Shown in pieces: positions 28,345 to 37,405 of a stretch of DNA of 64,000 nucleotides. The stretch spans positions 2,912,001 to 2,976,000 of the forward strand of contig CAXXLQ010000004.1 in the NCBI GenBank assembly GCA_963668695.2, in the 5' to 3' direction. Source of the DNA: Vicinamibacteria bacterium. GTDB lineage: Bacteria; Acidobacteriota; Vicinamibacteria; Marinacidobacterales; Marinacidobacteraceae. A program made the position numbers and the translations under genes. Each line of letters opens with the position of its first letter. Within the stretch, counting starts at the first letter, position 1. A model generated the notes under the pieces. That model was not told the origin of the DNA, made no database searches, and saw nothing but the letters and a program-made list of their open reading frames with translations.

Positions 28345-31300
28345 ATGAAGGAATCGAAGAAGGAATCGAAACTCCGGCCACGCCGCCTCTTTCGGCTGGG
28401 GCTCGCGTTCGGCCTGATGCTTGCCGCAATCCCGTCCGCCGGCGCCGAACAGCCCGCCGTCACGGGAGCCGGGTTTTCGCGTGACGGGGCCCTCGACTCG
28501 CTGGATGAAGCGGGCCGGGATCCGCTGGGGACCCTTCGCACGAGCACCCGCCCCCGGGTCTGGATTCTGTTCGACACCTCCGAGTCCATGGACCTGTCGA
28601 TGGGCGACGGAACCCGGTTTGACACTGCTCGGGAAGTAGTGCGGTGGGCGGTCCGCAATCTTGAGTCGGAATCGGGTGAACCGCTGGTTCAGTGGCGGCT
28701 TGCGGCGTTCCAGCGATTCCGGCAATCGGAAGACGGCAGTTCCCGGCGGGAGATCTGTGCCGACCCCGCGATGGGCGCCGGACTGCCGAGCGGATCGGGG
28801 CTCGGACCGCCGATCAGTCCGGTCCGCTGCGGTGGAGTCCGGATCCTGAGCGACCCCTCCGGATGCGACAGCGAAGCGGCACGTCGAGAGCTGTTGCGGG
28901 AGCTTCCCGATGACGTCAACACGAATCGGACGCCCAATGGGATCGCCCTGTACCAACTCGCAACCCATATTGCCGCGACCGCGATGCACGATCTGGAGGC
29001 CGGCCAACAGAACGTCATCGTGCTGATCACCGACGGACTCGATACCTGCGAGTGCATATTTCATCCCTGGCTCGATTTCAACGAGGGGCCGGCCGGTCGT
29101 GGCGGGGACGACGCGGTGTGGCTCCGAACCGGCCACGCGACTTCCCAGGCGCGCCGCTACCCGGATCCCACCGCGAAGGCGTTTGTCGCCTGGAACGCCG
29201 GGCTCAAGGCCAAGGCTGCGTACCTGGCGCTGAACGGCGGAAATCCGAATGCGGGCCTTGGAGACATCCACGTCGTCGGAGTCGCGATGTCGGACGAAGA
29301 GACGCGCGGCTATACGAATCATCTGGCCTGGATGGCTTCGTACGGTCGGCGCCCGGCAATCCATGCCGACCGGCCCGAGAGTCTTCGGCAAGCCCTCGCT
29401 CAGGTGCTCGGCGAGATCACGCTCCCTCTGGGCGAGGTGAAGCTCTCGGCGCCGCGACTCGCGACGGTCAAGGAACTCGTCGCAGGCTCTCCGACCGCCG
29501 CGTTTCCTGGCAGCGATCCGGCGCTCCGATGGGACGCCCTGGTGGCTCCCACCACCCGTGGGGAGCGTCTCGAAGAAGTGATCCGGCTTCGCGGCGCCTA
29601 CCCGGACAACATCCTGCTGTCGACGAGCGCGGACCTCTCGTCGTTCAAAGGGGGGCTCCGGGCGCTTCCCATTCAGCCAGGGAGCGGAGGAGTTCTGGAT
29701 ACGACACCGGTCTGGGACGCCGGATCGCGCTTGGCCCACCGGGACCCGGACGATCGTCTGGTGCTCTTCAACCGGCCAGGTAGCCGCGAGTTACTGCCCT
29801 TCCGGATCGGCGAGGTGACTCCGCGGGATCTCGGCGTGCACGCGGGCTATCTGAACGAACTGGACGGGGTCGGGGCTCGCACCGCGGAGGACGCCGCTCG
29901 CATCGTGGTCCGGCTGGTTCGCGGTGAGGAACTTGCGGTCCACCCTGAGACGGGGACGATCTACGGCGCGGACGGGGACCTTCACTTCATCGGAGGGCGC
30001 GGTACCTGGAAACTCCGCGAGGGTCTGGCTTCCCCGGTGGTGGTAACGAGTCCGCCCCGTCACCCCGATCGGGTTTCACGGCAAGGCGAGGGCTACCGGG
30101 ACTTCTTTGTGAGGCACGTCAACCGGCGCACCATGGTGTATCTCCCGACCAGCGGGGGCATGGTCCACGCATTCGCCGGCGACAGCGGAGAGGAGGTCTT
30201 CGCGTACATCCCGGATGACATCCTGGGGCCCGCGTCCCCTGTCGGAGACACCGCCGCGCGCGCCTTCCTCCGGGATCTGGCCCTGGCGGGAGTCCGGGGC
30301 GCGGCCGGCCTGCAACGGGGACTCGTCCGCCGCTTCGCGCTTGCAGGTTCGCCGGTCGTCCGCGACGTTTTCCTTGAAGGCTCCCAGGAGTGGCGTACGG
30401 TGTTGGCCCTCGGCCGTTCTGCCGGCGGTCGGTTCGTGACGGCAATCGATGTCTCGAATGTGGGAGACGGTTGGGCGGGCGGCCACCATCCTCCGAGGCC
30501 TTCGATCGGTGGTCCGGGGCTGCCCCGGTTGCTCTTCAACATCGGGAGCCGGGCGGGGAACCCTGGCGGGATCGTTGACGAGCTCGGCGAGACTCCGGAA
30601 CCCCTGATGGCCGAAGTGGCCGCGACTTCCGGGAGCACTTGGCTCACGTTCCTTCCTGCCGGAAGGGGGAGCCCGGACAGCGACTCCGGGGAGTGGTTGC
30701 TGGTGCTCGCGACCGAGGACGGCCGGGTCCGTTCGCGCCATCGTATCGAGCCCGCGCCCTCTCCGCGGATCCGAAAGAACGGCGCCGTCACCTCGGCGGC
30801 GGCCTGGCAACCGGCGTGGGCGGTTTCCGGCGCTCTCGACCTGGTTACCCAGGTGTATCTCGCCGACCTTCACGGTCAGATCCACCGCCTGCGGCTTCTG
30901 GAGCCCAATAACTGGCAATGGGGGGTGGCGCACCGTTTGGGAGGGGAATACCCGATCCTGACCCCACCGGTGGCGTTCCCGTTTCCGGGCCGGGTGGAGC
31001 CGCATTTGCTGGTCGTGACCGGCGGAGATCGTCGCGTTCGGGATATTCCGTCCGACATCGTTCTCCTCCGGGATACGGGGACCAACCTCCAGGAGGTGTG
31101 GCGCACGACGCTCTCCGACGGGGAACTGCCTCAGGGAAAACCAGCGGTCCTGAGGAACGGCTCGGAGATCGAAGTCGTGCTGGCCACCCGTTCGGTTCAA
31201 CGTGAGGAGCTTTCCTGCAACGTAACCACCACCGGGGACGGGGTAGCGCGGCTTCGTGCGTTCAACGGTCTGACAGGCGCAGAGATGGTGGGTGTGGTGG

Positions 31301-31515
31301 ACGCGGCGTCATCCCTGGCGGCGTTTGGCCGAGGCCGCATTCTGGGGATCAGCCTGTCGTCCTCCGGAAACATGGCTTTCAGTGTGAGCGGCGTGGGCGG
31401 CAAGATCGTGGATACCGTCATTGGTGATTTCAAGTTCCGGGTACGCGACAGCGCGCTCGAAAACGTGACCCTCTTCGTCGAGGGTTTCCGCCGTTCCCCG
31501 TTCTGGATCCGCTAG
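28345..31515 (+). CDS. PilY1-like adhesin (vWA domain plus beta-propeller)
   Basis: MIDAS DTSESM..TP..ITDG; WDAG, GMVHAF..SGEEVFAYIP, GSPVVRDV..WRTVL and YLADLHGQIHR; 1056 aa. Confidence 0.8.
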   Translation: MKESKKESKLRPRRLFRLGLAFGLMLAAIPSAGAEQPAVTGAGFSRDGALDSLDEAGRDPLGTLRTSTRPRVWILFDTSESMDLSMGDGTRFDTAREVVRWAVRNLESESGEPLVQWRLAAFQRFRQSEDGSSRREICADPAMGAGLPSGSGLGPPISPVRCGGVRILSDPSGCDSEAARRELLRELPDDVNTNRTPNGIALYQLATHIAATAMHDLEAGQQNVIVLITDGLDTCECIFHPWLDFNEGPAGRGGDDAVWLRTGHATSQARRYPDPTAKAFVAWNAGLKAKAAYLALNGGNPNAGLGDIHVVGVAMSDEETRGYTNHLAWMASYGRRPAIHADRPESLRQALAQVLGEITLPLGEVKLSAPRLATVKELVAGSPTAAFPGSDPALRWDALVAPTTRGERLEEVIRLRGAYPDNILLSTSADLSSFKGGLRALPIQPGSGGVLDTTPVWDAGSRLAHRDPDDRLVLFNRPGSRELLPFRIGEVTPRDLGVHAGYLNELDGVGARTAEDAARIVVRLVRGEELAVHPETGTIYGADGDLHFIGGRGTWKLREGLASPVVVTSPPRHPDRVSRQGEGYRDFFVRHVNRRTMVYLPTSGGMVHAFAGDSGEEVFAYIPDDILGPASPVGDTAARAFLRDLALAGVRGAAGLQRGLVRRFALAGSPVVRDVFLEGSQEWRTVLALGRSAGGRFVTAIDVSNVGDGWAGGHHPPRPSIGGPGLPRLLFNIGSRAGNPGGIVDELGETPEPLMAEVAATSGSTWLTFLPAGRGSPDSDSGEWLLVLATEDGRVRSRHRIEPAPSPRIRKNGAVTSAAAWQPAWAVSGALDLVTQVYLADLHGQIHRLRLLEPNNWQWGVAHRLGGEYPILTPPVAFPFPGRVEPHLLVVTGGDRRVRDIPSDIVLLRDTGTNLQEVWRTTLSDGELPQGKPAVLRNGSEIEVVLATRSVQREELSCNVTTTGDGVARLRAFNGLTGAEMVGVVDAASSLAAFGRGRILGISLSSSGNMAFSVSGVGGKIVDTVIGDFKFRVRDSALENVTLFVEGFRRSPFWIR

Positions 31516-31528
31516 GAGGGCAGAGACG

Positions 31529-33001
31529 ATGGTGTCCGCTTCCGTACGGTACGGCGCCGGTACCGGGAACCCGCGGAGAGATCGACGCCGGTTGGTCGTG
31601 GGGGTCTCCGCGGACGTGGTACTTGGACGGCGCCTGAGGAAAGGGGACGCGGGTTCTCGGGGGTTCACCATCACCGAAGCCGTGGTGGCGCTCGGTCTCA
31701 CGCTGATGGTCAGTGCGAGCTTCGCGATGCTTTTCCGCCAGGCGCGCATGTCGTTCGACCTGCAGCCGGAACTCGCTGCCATGCGCCAGGACGGCAGCGC
31801 GGTTCTGGATCGTATCGGCGCGGACCTGATGCGGGCAGGGTCCGGGCTTCCGGCAGAAATCCCGGTGTTTGCCGATCTTGACCGGGCCGGTGACCAGAAT
31901 CCGGACGGACTGGACTTCCTGACGGCTCCGGAACGTTTCGCCGATGCCTCGTTCGAACCCGTGGTCGGATTCGATGGGGTCGAAGTGACGCTGGGCCAAT
32001 CGGAGTCCCGACTGGACCGGGGTGGGGGAGCTTCGGACCGGTCCTTCGCGTTGGTGTTCAACGACGACGAAATGACACCCCGCTGGGCCTTCGGGAGGGT
32101 AGTCTCGGTCCGTAGCGGACCGGGTGCGGGTGCTGGAAGCCTCGGCGGAGCGCTGCGAGCGGCGGGCTCGCGGCTCGCGGAGATGCCGGAAGGCGCGGCG
32201 CCTCCCGCGGGCGCCGCGATGCGAATCGCGCCCCTGGAGGATCCTTGGCACTGGCACTTCAGGGCCAGCGTGGATGCGGACACCTTCCAGCCGGGAAGCG
32301 GGGGCGGTCTCCTCGAGCGCGGTTTGCAGAGTGTGCTTGGCGGCGTGATCGAAGCGGTGGCTCCCGGCATTGGTCGAGGCGCAGTCGCGAGCCTGACCGA
32401 ACAGGTGGTGGGAACGATGCTCCAGCAGTTGCTGAAGAAGCGAGGCTTGCCGCCAGGAACCCCCAGCGGCGGCGAGGAAAGCGAGGGGTATGGACTCTTC
32501 GGCCTCGGACAACCCGGGCTCGTGCCGGTTACGCGGATTCGCTACTGGGTTCGGACGCCGGAGACGAACGCGGCCGATAGGCGGCGGGTGCTGATGCGGC
32601 GAGTGGATGAGAACGCGCCGCAGCCCGTCGGGTTCGTCGAGGACCTGCAGGTCCGTTACGTCACGGGCCAAAACGGTGACGTACCGCTCGACACGCCGCC
32701 GCGCTTTGTAGGAGATATGGCGTCGGCTGCCCGCCTTCGCGATCACGTCGTGCGTGCGGTGGATATTTCGGTCCGGGTTCGATCCATCGGGAGTCGTCCC
32801 GCGGCCCGATTGGCCAATCAGGGTGCGGGAGAGGAGGCTGAGGCTGGCGGTCTGAGCCGGACGTACCGGCGCCGGGTAGCGCTGCGGGCGACGGCCGCGG
32901 GCGTGGAGCGTCGCGCCTGGGAGGAACTCATGCAGTTGAACTCGCTGCCCACCGAGATTCCGAGGATCGGTCCGCTGCGTTTTCTTCCGTTACCGTGGTG
33001 A
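31529..33001 (+). CDS. Large minor pilin (PilW-like)
   Basis: RG|FTITEAVVAL, IGADLMRAG and VEDLQVRY; start uncertain. Confidence 0.72.
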   Translation: MVSASVRYGAGTGNPRRDRRRLVVGVSADVVLGRRLRKGDAGSRGFTITEAVVALGLTLMVSASFAMLFRQARMSFDLQPELAAMRQDGSAVLDRIGADLMRAGSGLPAEIPVFADLDRAGDQNPDGLDFLTAPERFADASFEPVVGFDGVEVTLGQSESRLDRGGGASDRSFALVFNDDEMTPRWAFGRVVSVRSGPGAGAGSLGGALRAAGSRLAEMPEGAAPPAGAAMRIAPLEDPWHWHFRASVDADTFQPGSGGGLLERGLQSVLGGVIEAVAPGIGRGAVASLTEQVVGTMLQQLLKKRGLPPGTPSGGEESEGYGLFGLGQPGLVPVTRIRYWVRTPETNAADRRRVLMRRVDENAPQPVGFVEDLQVRYVTGQNGDVPLDTPPRFVGDMASAARLRDHVVRAVDISVRVRSIGSRPAARLANQGAGEEAEAGGLSRTYRRRVALRATAAGVERRAWEELMQLNSLPTEIPRIGPLRFLPLPW

Positions 33002-33026
33002 CGGGAACGGCCTTGGGCAGCGCCCC

Positions 33027-33770
33027 CTACGTCACCTCCCCGCGACGCGGGACACCTCGCCGCCCGGAATGAATCGCAACCGTCCCGAGCGCCAGGTGAC
33101 GGTAGGAAACGCCCGTGAAGCCGGCCTCCCGTAGGCTCGCAGCCAGGCCTCCCGCGTCCGGAAAGCTCAGGATCGAATCGCGAAGGTAGCCGTAGGGTTC
33201 CGCTCCCGCAACCGCCAGGCGAGCCAGGCCGGGTACCGCGAGCCGGAGCCACGCCGCGTGCCCGAGCCGAACCAGGCTTCCTTCGGGCCGGGAAAATTCC
33301 AGAATGACGAGCTTCGCGTCCGGCGCCAGCACCCGGTGAATCTCGGCGAGCCCTGTCTTCAGGTTCGGGAGATTGCGGATCCCGAACCCGACGACGGCTG
33401 CCTCGAAAACCCCGGACGCGAAGGGCAGTCTCATGGCGTCTCCGGCAGCCATCGGGAGAGTGGTTCCCGAGCGGGCAGCCTTGGCGTCCGCGATCTCCAG
33501 CATGGCGGGTGTCAGGTCACAGCCCACCGGGCGTAGTTCCCGCGGCAGCAGCAACGCGAGATCACCGGTTCCGCAGCAGAGATCGAGAATCCGCGACCCG
33601 GGTTCACAATCGAGTTCCCTGAGAGCGGCTCGCCGCCAACCCTGGTCCAGTCCCACGCTGAGGATCCGGTTCATCCGGTCGTACCCGGGCGCAACGGATT
33701 CAAACATCCGCCGAATTGCCCCGGGAGTCTCTCTCCGGACCTCGGGGCTCTGGTTACGCTGCGCCATCAC
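33027..33770 (-). CDS. menG: UbiE/MenG family methyltransferase
   Basis: MFESVAPGYDRMNRILSVGLDQGWR, LDLCCGTGD, FGIRN and ILEFS. Confidence 0.9.
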   Translation of the reverse strand: MMAQRNQSPEVRRETPGAIRRMFESVAPGYDRMNRILSVGLDQGWRRAALRELDCEPGSRILDLCCGTGDLALLLPRELRPVGCDLTPAMLEIADAKAARSGTTLPMAAGDAMRLPFASGVFEAAVVGFGIRNLPNLKTGLAEIHRVLAPDAKLVILEFSRPEGSLVRLGHAAWLRLAVPGLARLAVAGAEPYGYLRDSILSFPDAGGLAASLREAGFTGVSYRHLALGTVAIHSGRRGVPRRGEVT

Positions 33771-33904
33771 TGAAAAGTGAGCCTGGCGATGCCGGCCAGC
33801 TTCTCACCGGAGGTCTGAACCGGCGTTCCCGCGCTCCGGATCGCGCTGGGCGGCGGGCGTCTGGCCGCGGGGGAGCGTTCGCTTGGACCCATGATGCAGT
33901 CGAG

Positions 33905-34101
33905 CAGCCTGTGCACAAAGTCACGCGGCCCAGTTCTCCCGGTGGGGGCTCGGCTGGCGATGCATCCCGGCTGAACCGCGCCTCTGCCAGGCGCTCTTCG
34001 TTGCGTTTCGGTCCAAATACACTCGGCATTCCTCCCTCACGCGCCTTGTCAGCCGGGCGCCTCACCAACCTCGGCGCTCACGTCACTTTATCCACAGGCC
34101 G
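33905..34101 (+). mobile_element. MITE copy between the divergent menG and tatA/B genes
   Basis: CGAG|CAGCCTGTGC...TTATCCACAGGCCG|CTAG; one 18-mer at 33930-33947. Confidence 0.82.
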
Positions 34102-34175
34102 CTAGCCCCCGATTGCTTGTCGGCCCGCAGACGATAATGTTCGCCTTGGTGCCCCCGCTCTTTTTTCTCCCGCTC

Positions 34176-34853
34176 ATGATCGGCCCGCTCGGCATGCAGG
34201 AGATGCTGATCATCCTGGTGGTGGCGCTGATCGTCTTCGGTCCCCGGAAACTGCCACAGATCGGCAAGACGCTGGGAAAGAGCATTGCCGAGTTTCGGCG
34301 AACGAGCACCGAGCTGCGCAGCACCCTGGAGCGGGAAGTGCAGATGGAAGAGTTCCGGACGGCGCGCAGCGAGGTCTCCGGTCTCGGAAAGGAGGTGGCG
34401 GAGCTCGGGCGCGGGCTCGACCCGGACGCCGGCTCCGGTCCGTCCGCCGCAAAGCCGCCGTCCGCCGCAAAGCCGCCGTCCGCCGCAAAGCCGCCGTCCG
34501 CCGCAAAGCCGCCGTCCGCCGCAAAGCCGCCGTCCGCCGCAAAGCCGCCGTCCGCCGCAAAGCCGCCGTCCGCCGCAAAGCCGCCGTCCGCCGCAAAGCC
34601 GCCGTCCGCCGCAAAGCCGCCGTCCGCCGCAAAGCCGCCGTCCGCCGCAAAGCCGCCGGAAAGCGATGGAGGTGGCGCCGGTGATTCCGGAGAACCCTCT
34701 GCCACCCGGGAGAGGGAAACGCAAAACGGAACGGGCGACTCCTCAGCCTCCGGCCCCGAGACGGGAGTTGAGGAGGGTCCCGAAGGCGTCGCGGAAGGGG
34801 CGAGCGAAGCCGGAAGTGCGGAACGGGAGTCGGCAGACGACTCTGGCAAGTGA
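34176..34853 (+). CDS. tatB: TatA/TatB family translocase subunit with a long repeat-containing tail
   Basis: MIGPLGMQEMLIILVVALIVFGPRKLPQIGKTLG; directly upstream of tatC; TatA versus TatB not resolvable by eye. Confidence 0.82.
   Translation: MIGPLGMQEMLIILVVALIVFGPRKLPQIGKTLGKSIAEFRRTSTELRSTLEREVQMEEFRTARSEVSGLGKEVAELGRGLDPDAGSGPSAAKPPSAAKPPSAAKPPSAAKPPSAAKPPSAAKPPSAAKPPSAAKPPSAAKPPSAAKPPSAAKPPSAAKPPESDGGGAGDSGEPSATRERETQNGTGDSSASGPETGVEEGPEGVAEGASEAGSAERESADDSGK
34440..34655 (+). repeat. Perfect in-frame tandem repeat, 12 x 18 bp (PSAAKP)
   Basis: CCGTCCGCCGCAAAGCCG x12, 216 bp. Confidence 0.95.
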
Positions 34854-34889
34854 CGAGACGGGGCTGTTTCCTCGGCCCGGCGGAAGTTC

Positions 34890-35672
34890 GTGAGCGACTC
34901 TGACCGGACGGACCGCCCCGATGGGCCGGCCGACCGGATGACCTTCCTTGAACACCTGGACGAACTGCGGCGCCGTCTGATTCGGGCCGCGATCGCGATC
35001 CTGGTCGCGTTCGTGGGATGTTTCTTCTTCTACGAGGAGATTTTCGATTTCCTGATGCGGCCGCTGCGACGAGTCATCGAGCCGCTGGGGGGAGAGCTCA
35101 TCGCCACCACTCCGCCCGAGATCTTCCTCCTCGGGATCAAGATGAGCTTCCTGGTCGCCATCGTGGTTTCAACCCCGGCGTGGCTCGGGCAGGTCTGGGG
35201 TTTCGTCGCTCCTGGCCTCTACCGCCACGAACGCCATATCGCCTTCCCCTTCATCCTGGTGGGTTCCGCTTTCTTCATTTCCGGGGCGGCTTTTTGCCAC
35301 TATGTGCTCTTCCCCGCCGCTACCCAGTTCCTCGGGACGTTCGGAGGTGGCGGAGAGGACATCCAGATCCGGTATCGGGTCTCCGAGGTGTTCAGTTTCT
35401 ACGCGCGCCTCGTGCTGGCAACCGCGGTGGTGTTCCAGATTCCTACGCTGGCGCTGCTGCTCTCCCGTCTCGGGCTGATTTCGCCGAGCTTCTTGTGGCG
35501 GTACTTCAAGTACGCGGTGTTGATGAGTTTCGTGCTGGCGGCGCTTCTCACCCCGCCCGATCCCACCACGCAGATCATCCTGGCCGGGCCCATGATCGTG
35601 CTCTACACGCTGTCTATCGGGATCGCCTGGATCGGAAATCGCATGCACCGCCGAAAGAAGCCCGAGGAGTAG
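34890..35672 (+). CDS. tatC: Twin-arginine translocase TatC
   Basis: MTFLEHLDELRRRL, WGFVAPGLY, FQIP and LTPPDP. Confidence 0.96.
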   Translation: MSDSDRTDRPDGPADRMTFLEHLDELRRRLIRAAIAILVAFVGCFFFYEEIFDFLMRPLRRVIEPLGGELIATTPPEIFLLGIKMSFLVAIVVSTPAWLGQVWGFVAPGLYRHERHIAFPFILVGSAFFISGAAFCHYVLFPAATQFLGTFGGGGEDIQIRYRVSEVFSFYARLVLATAVVFQIPTLALLLSRLGLISPSFLWRYFKYAVLMSFVLAALLTPPDPTTQIILAGPMIVLYTLSIGIAWIGNRMHRRKKPEE

Positions 35673-35728
35673 GCCGGATTCCGGCGAGACCCGTGTGTCA
35701 CCATCCACCAGGCTGCTAGGATGACGCC

Positions 35729-37405
35729 ATGAGGCTCCGGGCGCGGGTCATCCCCCTGTTGATGCCGCTCCTCGTGGGCGCGGCGATCTCGGCCACCATT
35801 CTGGGTGTCCAGCCGGCGCGTGGAGTCCCGCCGTCGGACGGGCTGCGGATACTGCTCCAACGCCACGCGAACGTCATCCGGGAAATTGAAACGAAGTACG
35901 TCCGCGAGTTGGATCCCGAAACTCTTACCCGGGCGACGGTTTCGGGGATGCTTGTCCGGCTCGACCCCCACTCCAACCTGTTTGTCCCCCGCAACTACCG
36001 CCAGATGCGGGAGCGGCAACAGGGGGGTTATGTGGGACTCGGGATTCGGGTGCAGCACCAGAATGGGTTACTGACGGTCGTTTCCCCCTTTGAGGGGACT
36101 CCCGCATACCGGTTGGGGATTCGCGCCGGAGACGTGATCTCCCGAATCGAGGGCGTGGATGCAACGCAATACACGATGGACGAGGCGGTGACCCTGCTCC
36201 GGGGCCCCCGAGGGACGCCGGTCAGCATCACCATTACCCGTCCGGGTTACGACGCCCCGCTCGACTTCACCGTGATTCGGGACCGGATCCCGCTCAAGAG
36301 CGTGCCCTACTACTTCGTCCTCGATGAGCCCACCGGCTCCGAGAAGACGGGATATGTCCGGATCTCGGATTTCAACGAGAACACCGACAGCGAGTTGCGG
36401 GACGCCATCGTGGAGCTGCGCCTCGGCGGAGCGACCCGGCTGCTCGTGGACCTTCGTCACAACCCGGGCGGGCTCCTCAACCAGGCGGTCGCGGTCTCCA
36501 ACGTTTTCTTGAAACAGCACCAGGAAGTTGTTGCCATCCGGGGCCGTCATTCCGAGAACGACCAGGTTTTCTACGCGGAGGATCCCAGTCCCTACAGTGA
36601 TCTGCCGGTGATCGTGCTGGTTTCGCGAGAGAGCGCGTCGGCTTCTGAAATCGTGGCGGGTGCGGTCCAGGACCACGACCGCGGCCTCATCCTCGGCGAG
36701 AACACCTACGGCAAGGGGCTTGTCCAGTCGGTGTTTCAGTTGAAGTACGGCTACGCGCTCGGACTTACCTCTGCGGAGTACTTCACGCCAAGCGGCCGGC
36801 GTCTCCAGCGAGACTACGAATCGGGAGATTTCCTCGAGTACTTCCAGGGACGGGGAGAGCACGACTCCAACGACGAGGCGGGGACGATCGTGCTGACGGA
36901 GCTCGGTCGGGAGATCCGGGGCGGGGGTGGCGTCGCACCGGACATTGAAGTGCCCGCCCCGGAACTTCCGGAGGTGGTGGTGGAAGTCGAGCAACATGGA
37001 GCCTTCTTCCGGTTCGCCACCCGCTTCGTTCCGGCCGATGGCCGGGGCGCCGTGGACGGCGCGGGCACGCGGCCGGACGAGTTGGAAGCGCGGGGCGACC
37101 TGATCCGGGCGGTGGATCAGAGCTTCCGTGTCGACGAGACAACTGTTGAGGAGTTTTTCCTTTTCCTGTCTGAGGAGCGGATTCCGCACGACCGGGAGGG
37201 CCTTGACGAGCACCGCGATGCGGTGGCGCTGCGAATAGAAGGAGCGATTTTCAGTCTCCTTTGGGGCCCGGCGGCCTCGCGCGAGGCGACCATGGATCGC
37301 GACCCACAAATCGCGGCGGCACTTCAAGCGATGTCGCAGGCGGCTCTGCTTCTGAATGACCCCGAGGCCTACCTCGCCGGCGCCACCGGCGGGGAGGGCC
37401 GCTGA
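35729..37405 (+). CDS. S41 carboxyl-terminal processing protease with PDZ domain
   Basis: LDPHS, GIRAGD, DLRHNPGG, SASASEIVAGAVQDHDR and TYGKGLVQ. Confidence 0.92.
   Translation: MRLRARVIPLLMPLLVGAAISATILGVQPARGVPPSDGLRILLQRHANVIREIETKYVRELDPETLTRATVSGMLVRLDPHSNLFVPRNYRQMRERQQGGYVGLGIRVQHQNGLLTVVSPFEGTPAYRLGIRAGDVISRIEGVDATQYTMDEAVTLLRGPRGTPVSITITRPGYDAPLDFTVIRDRIPLKSVPYYFVLDEPTGSEKTGYVRISDFNENTDSELRDAIVELRLGGATRLLVDLRHNPGGLLNQAVAVSNVFLKQHQEVVAIRGRHSENDQVFYAEDPSPYSDLPVIVLVSRESASASEIVAGAVQDHDRGLILGENTYGKGLVQSVFQLKYGYALGLTSAEYFTPSGRRLQRDYESGDFLEYFQGRGEHDSNDEAGTIVLTELGREIRGGGGVAPDIEVPAPELPEVVVEVEQHGAFFRFATRFVPADGRGAVDGAGTRPDELEARGDLIRAVDQSFRVDETTVEEFFLFLSEERIPHDREGLDEHRDAVALRIEGAIFSLLWGPAASREATMDRDPQIAAALQAMSQAALLLNDPEAYLAGATGGEGR

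Noticed and set aside
27586-29739. Long antisense ORFs (also 61485-63260, 52654-54144, 15000-16841)
   Set aside because: They are shadows of real genes, expected in high-GC DNA, and have no recognisable motifs
34088-34096. Perfect DnaA box TTATCCACA suggesting oriC
   Set aside because: It is a single box inside a MITE end, with no box cluster, AT-rich unwinding region or dnaA/dnaN
35700-35719. TCCACCAGGCTGCTAG, resembling a MITE right end
   Set aside because: Only about 12 bp match and there is no left end or core, so I did not count it as a copy
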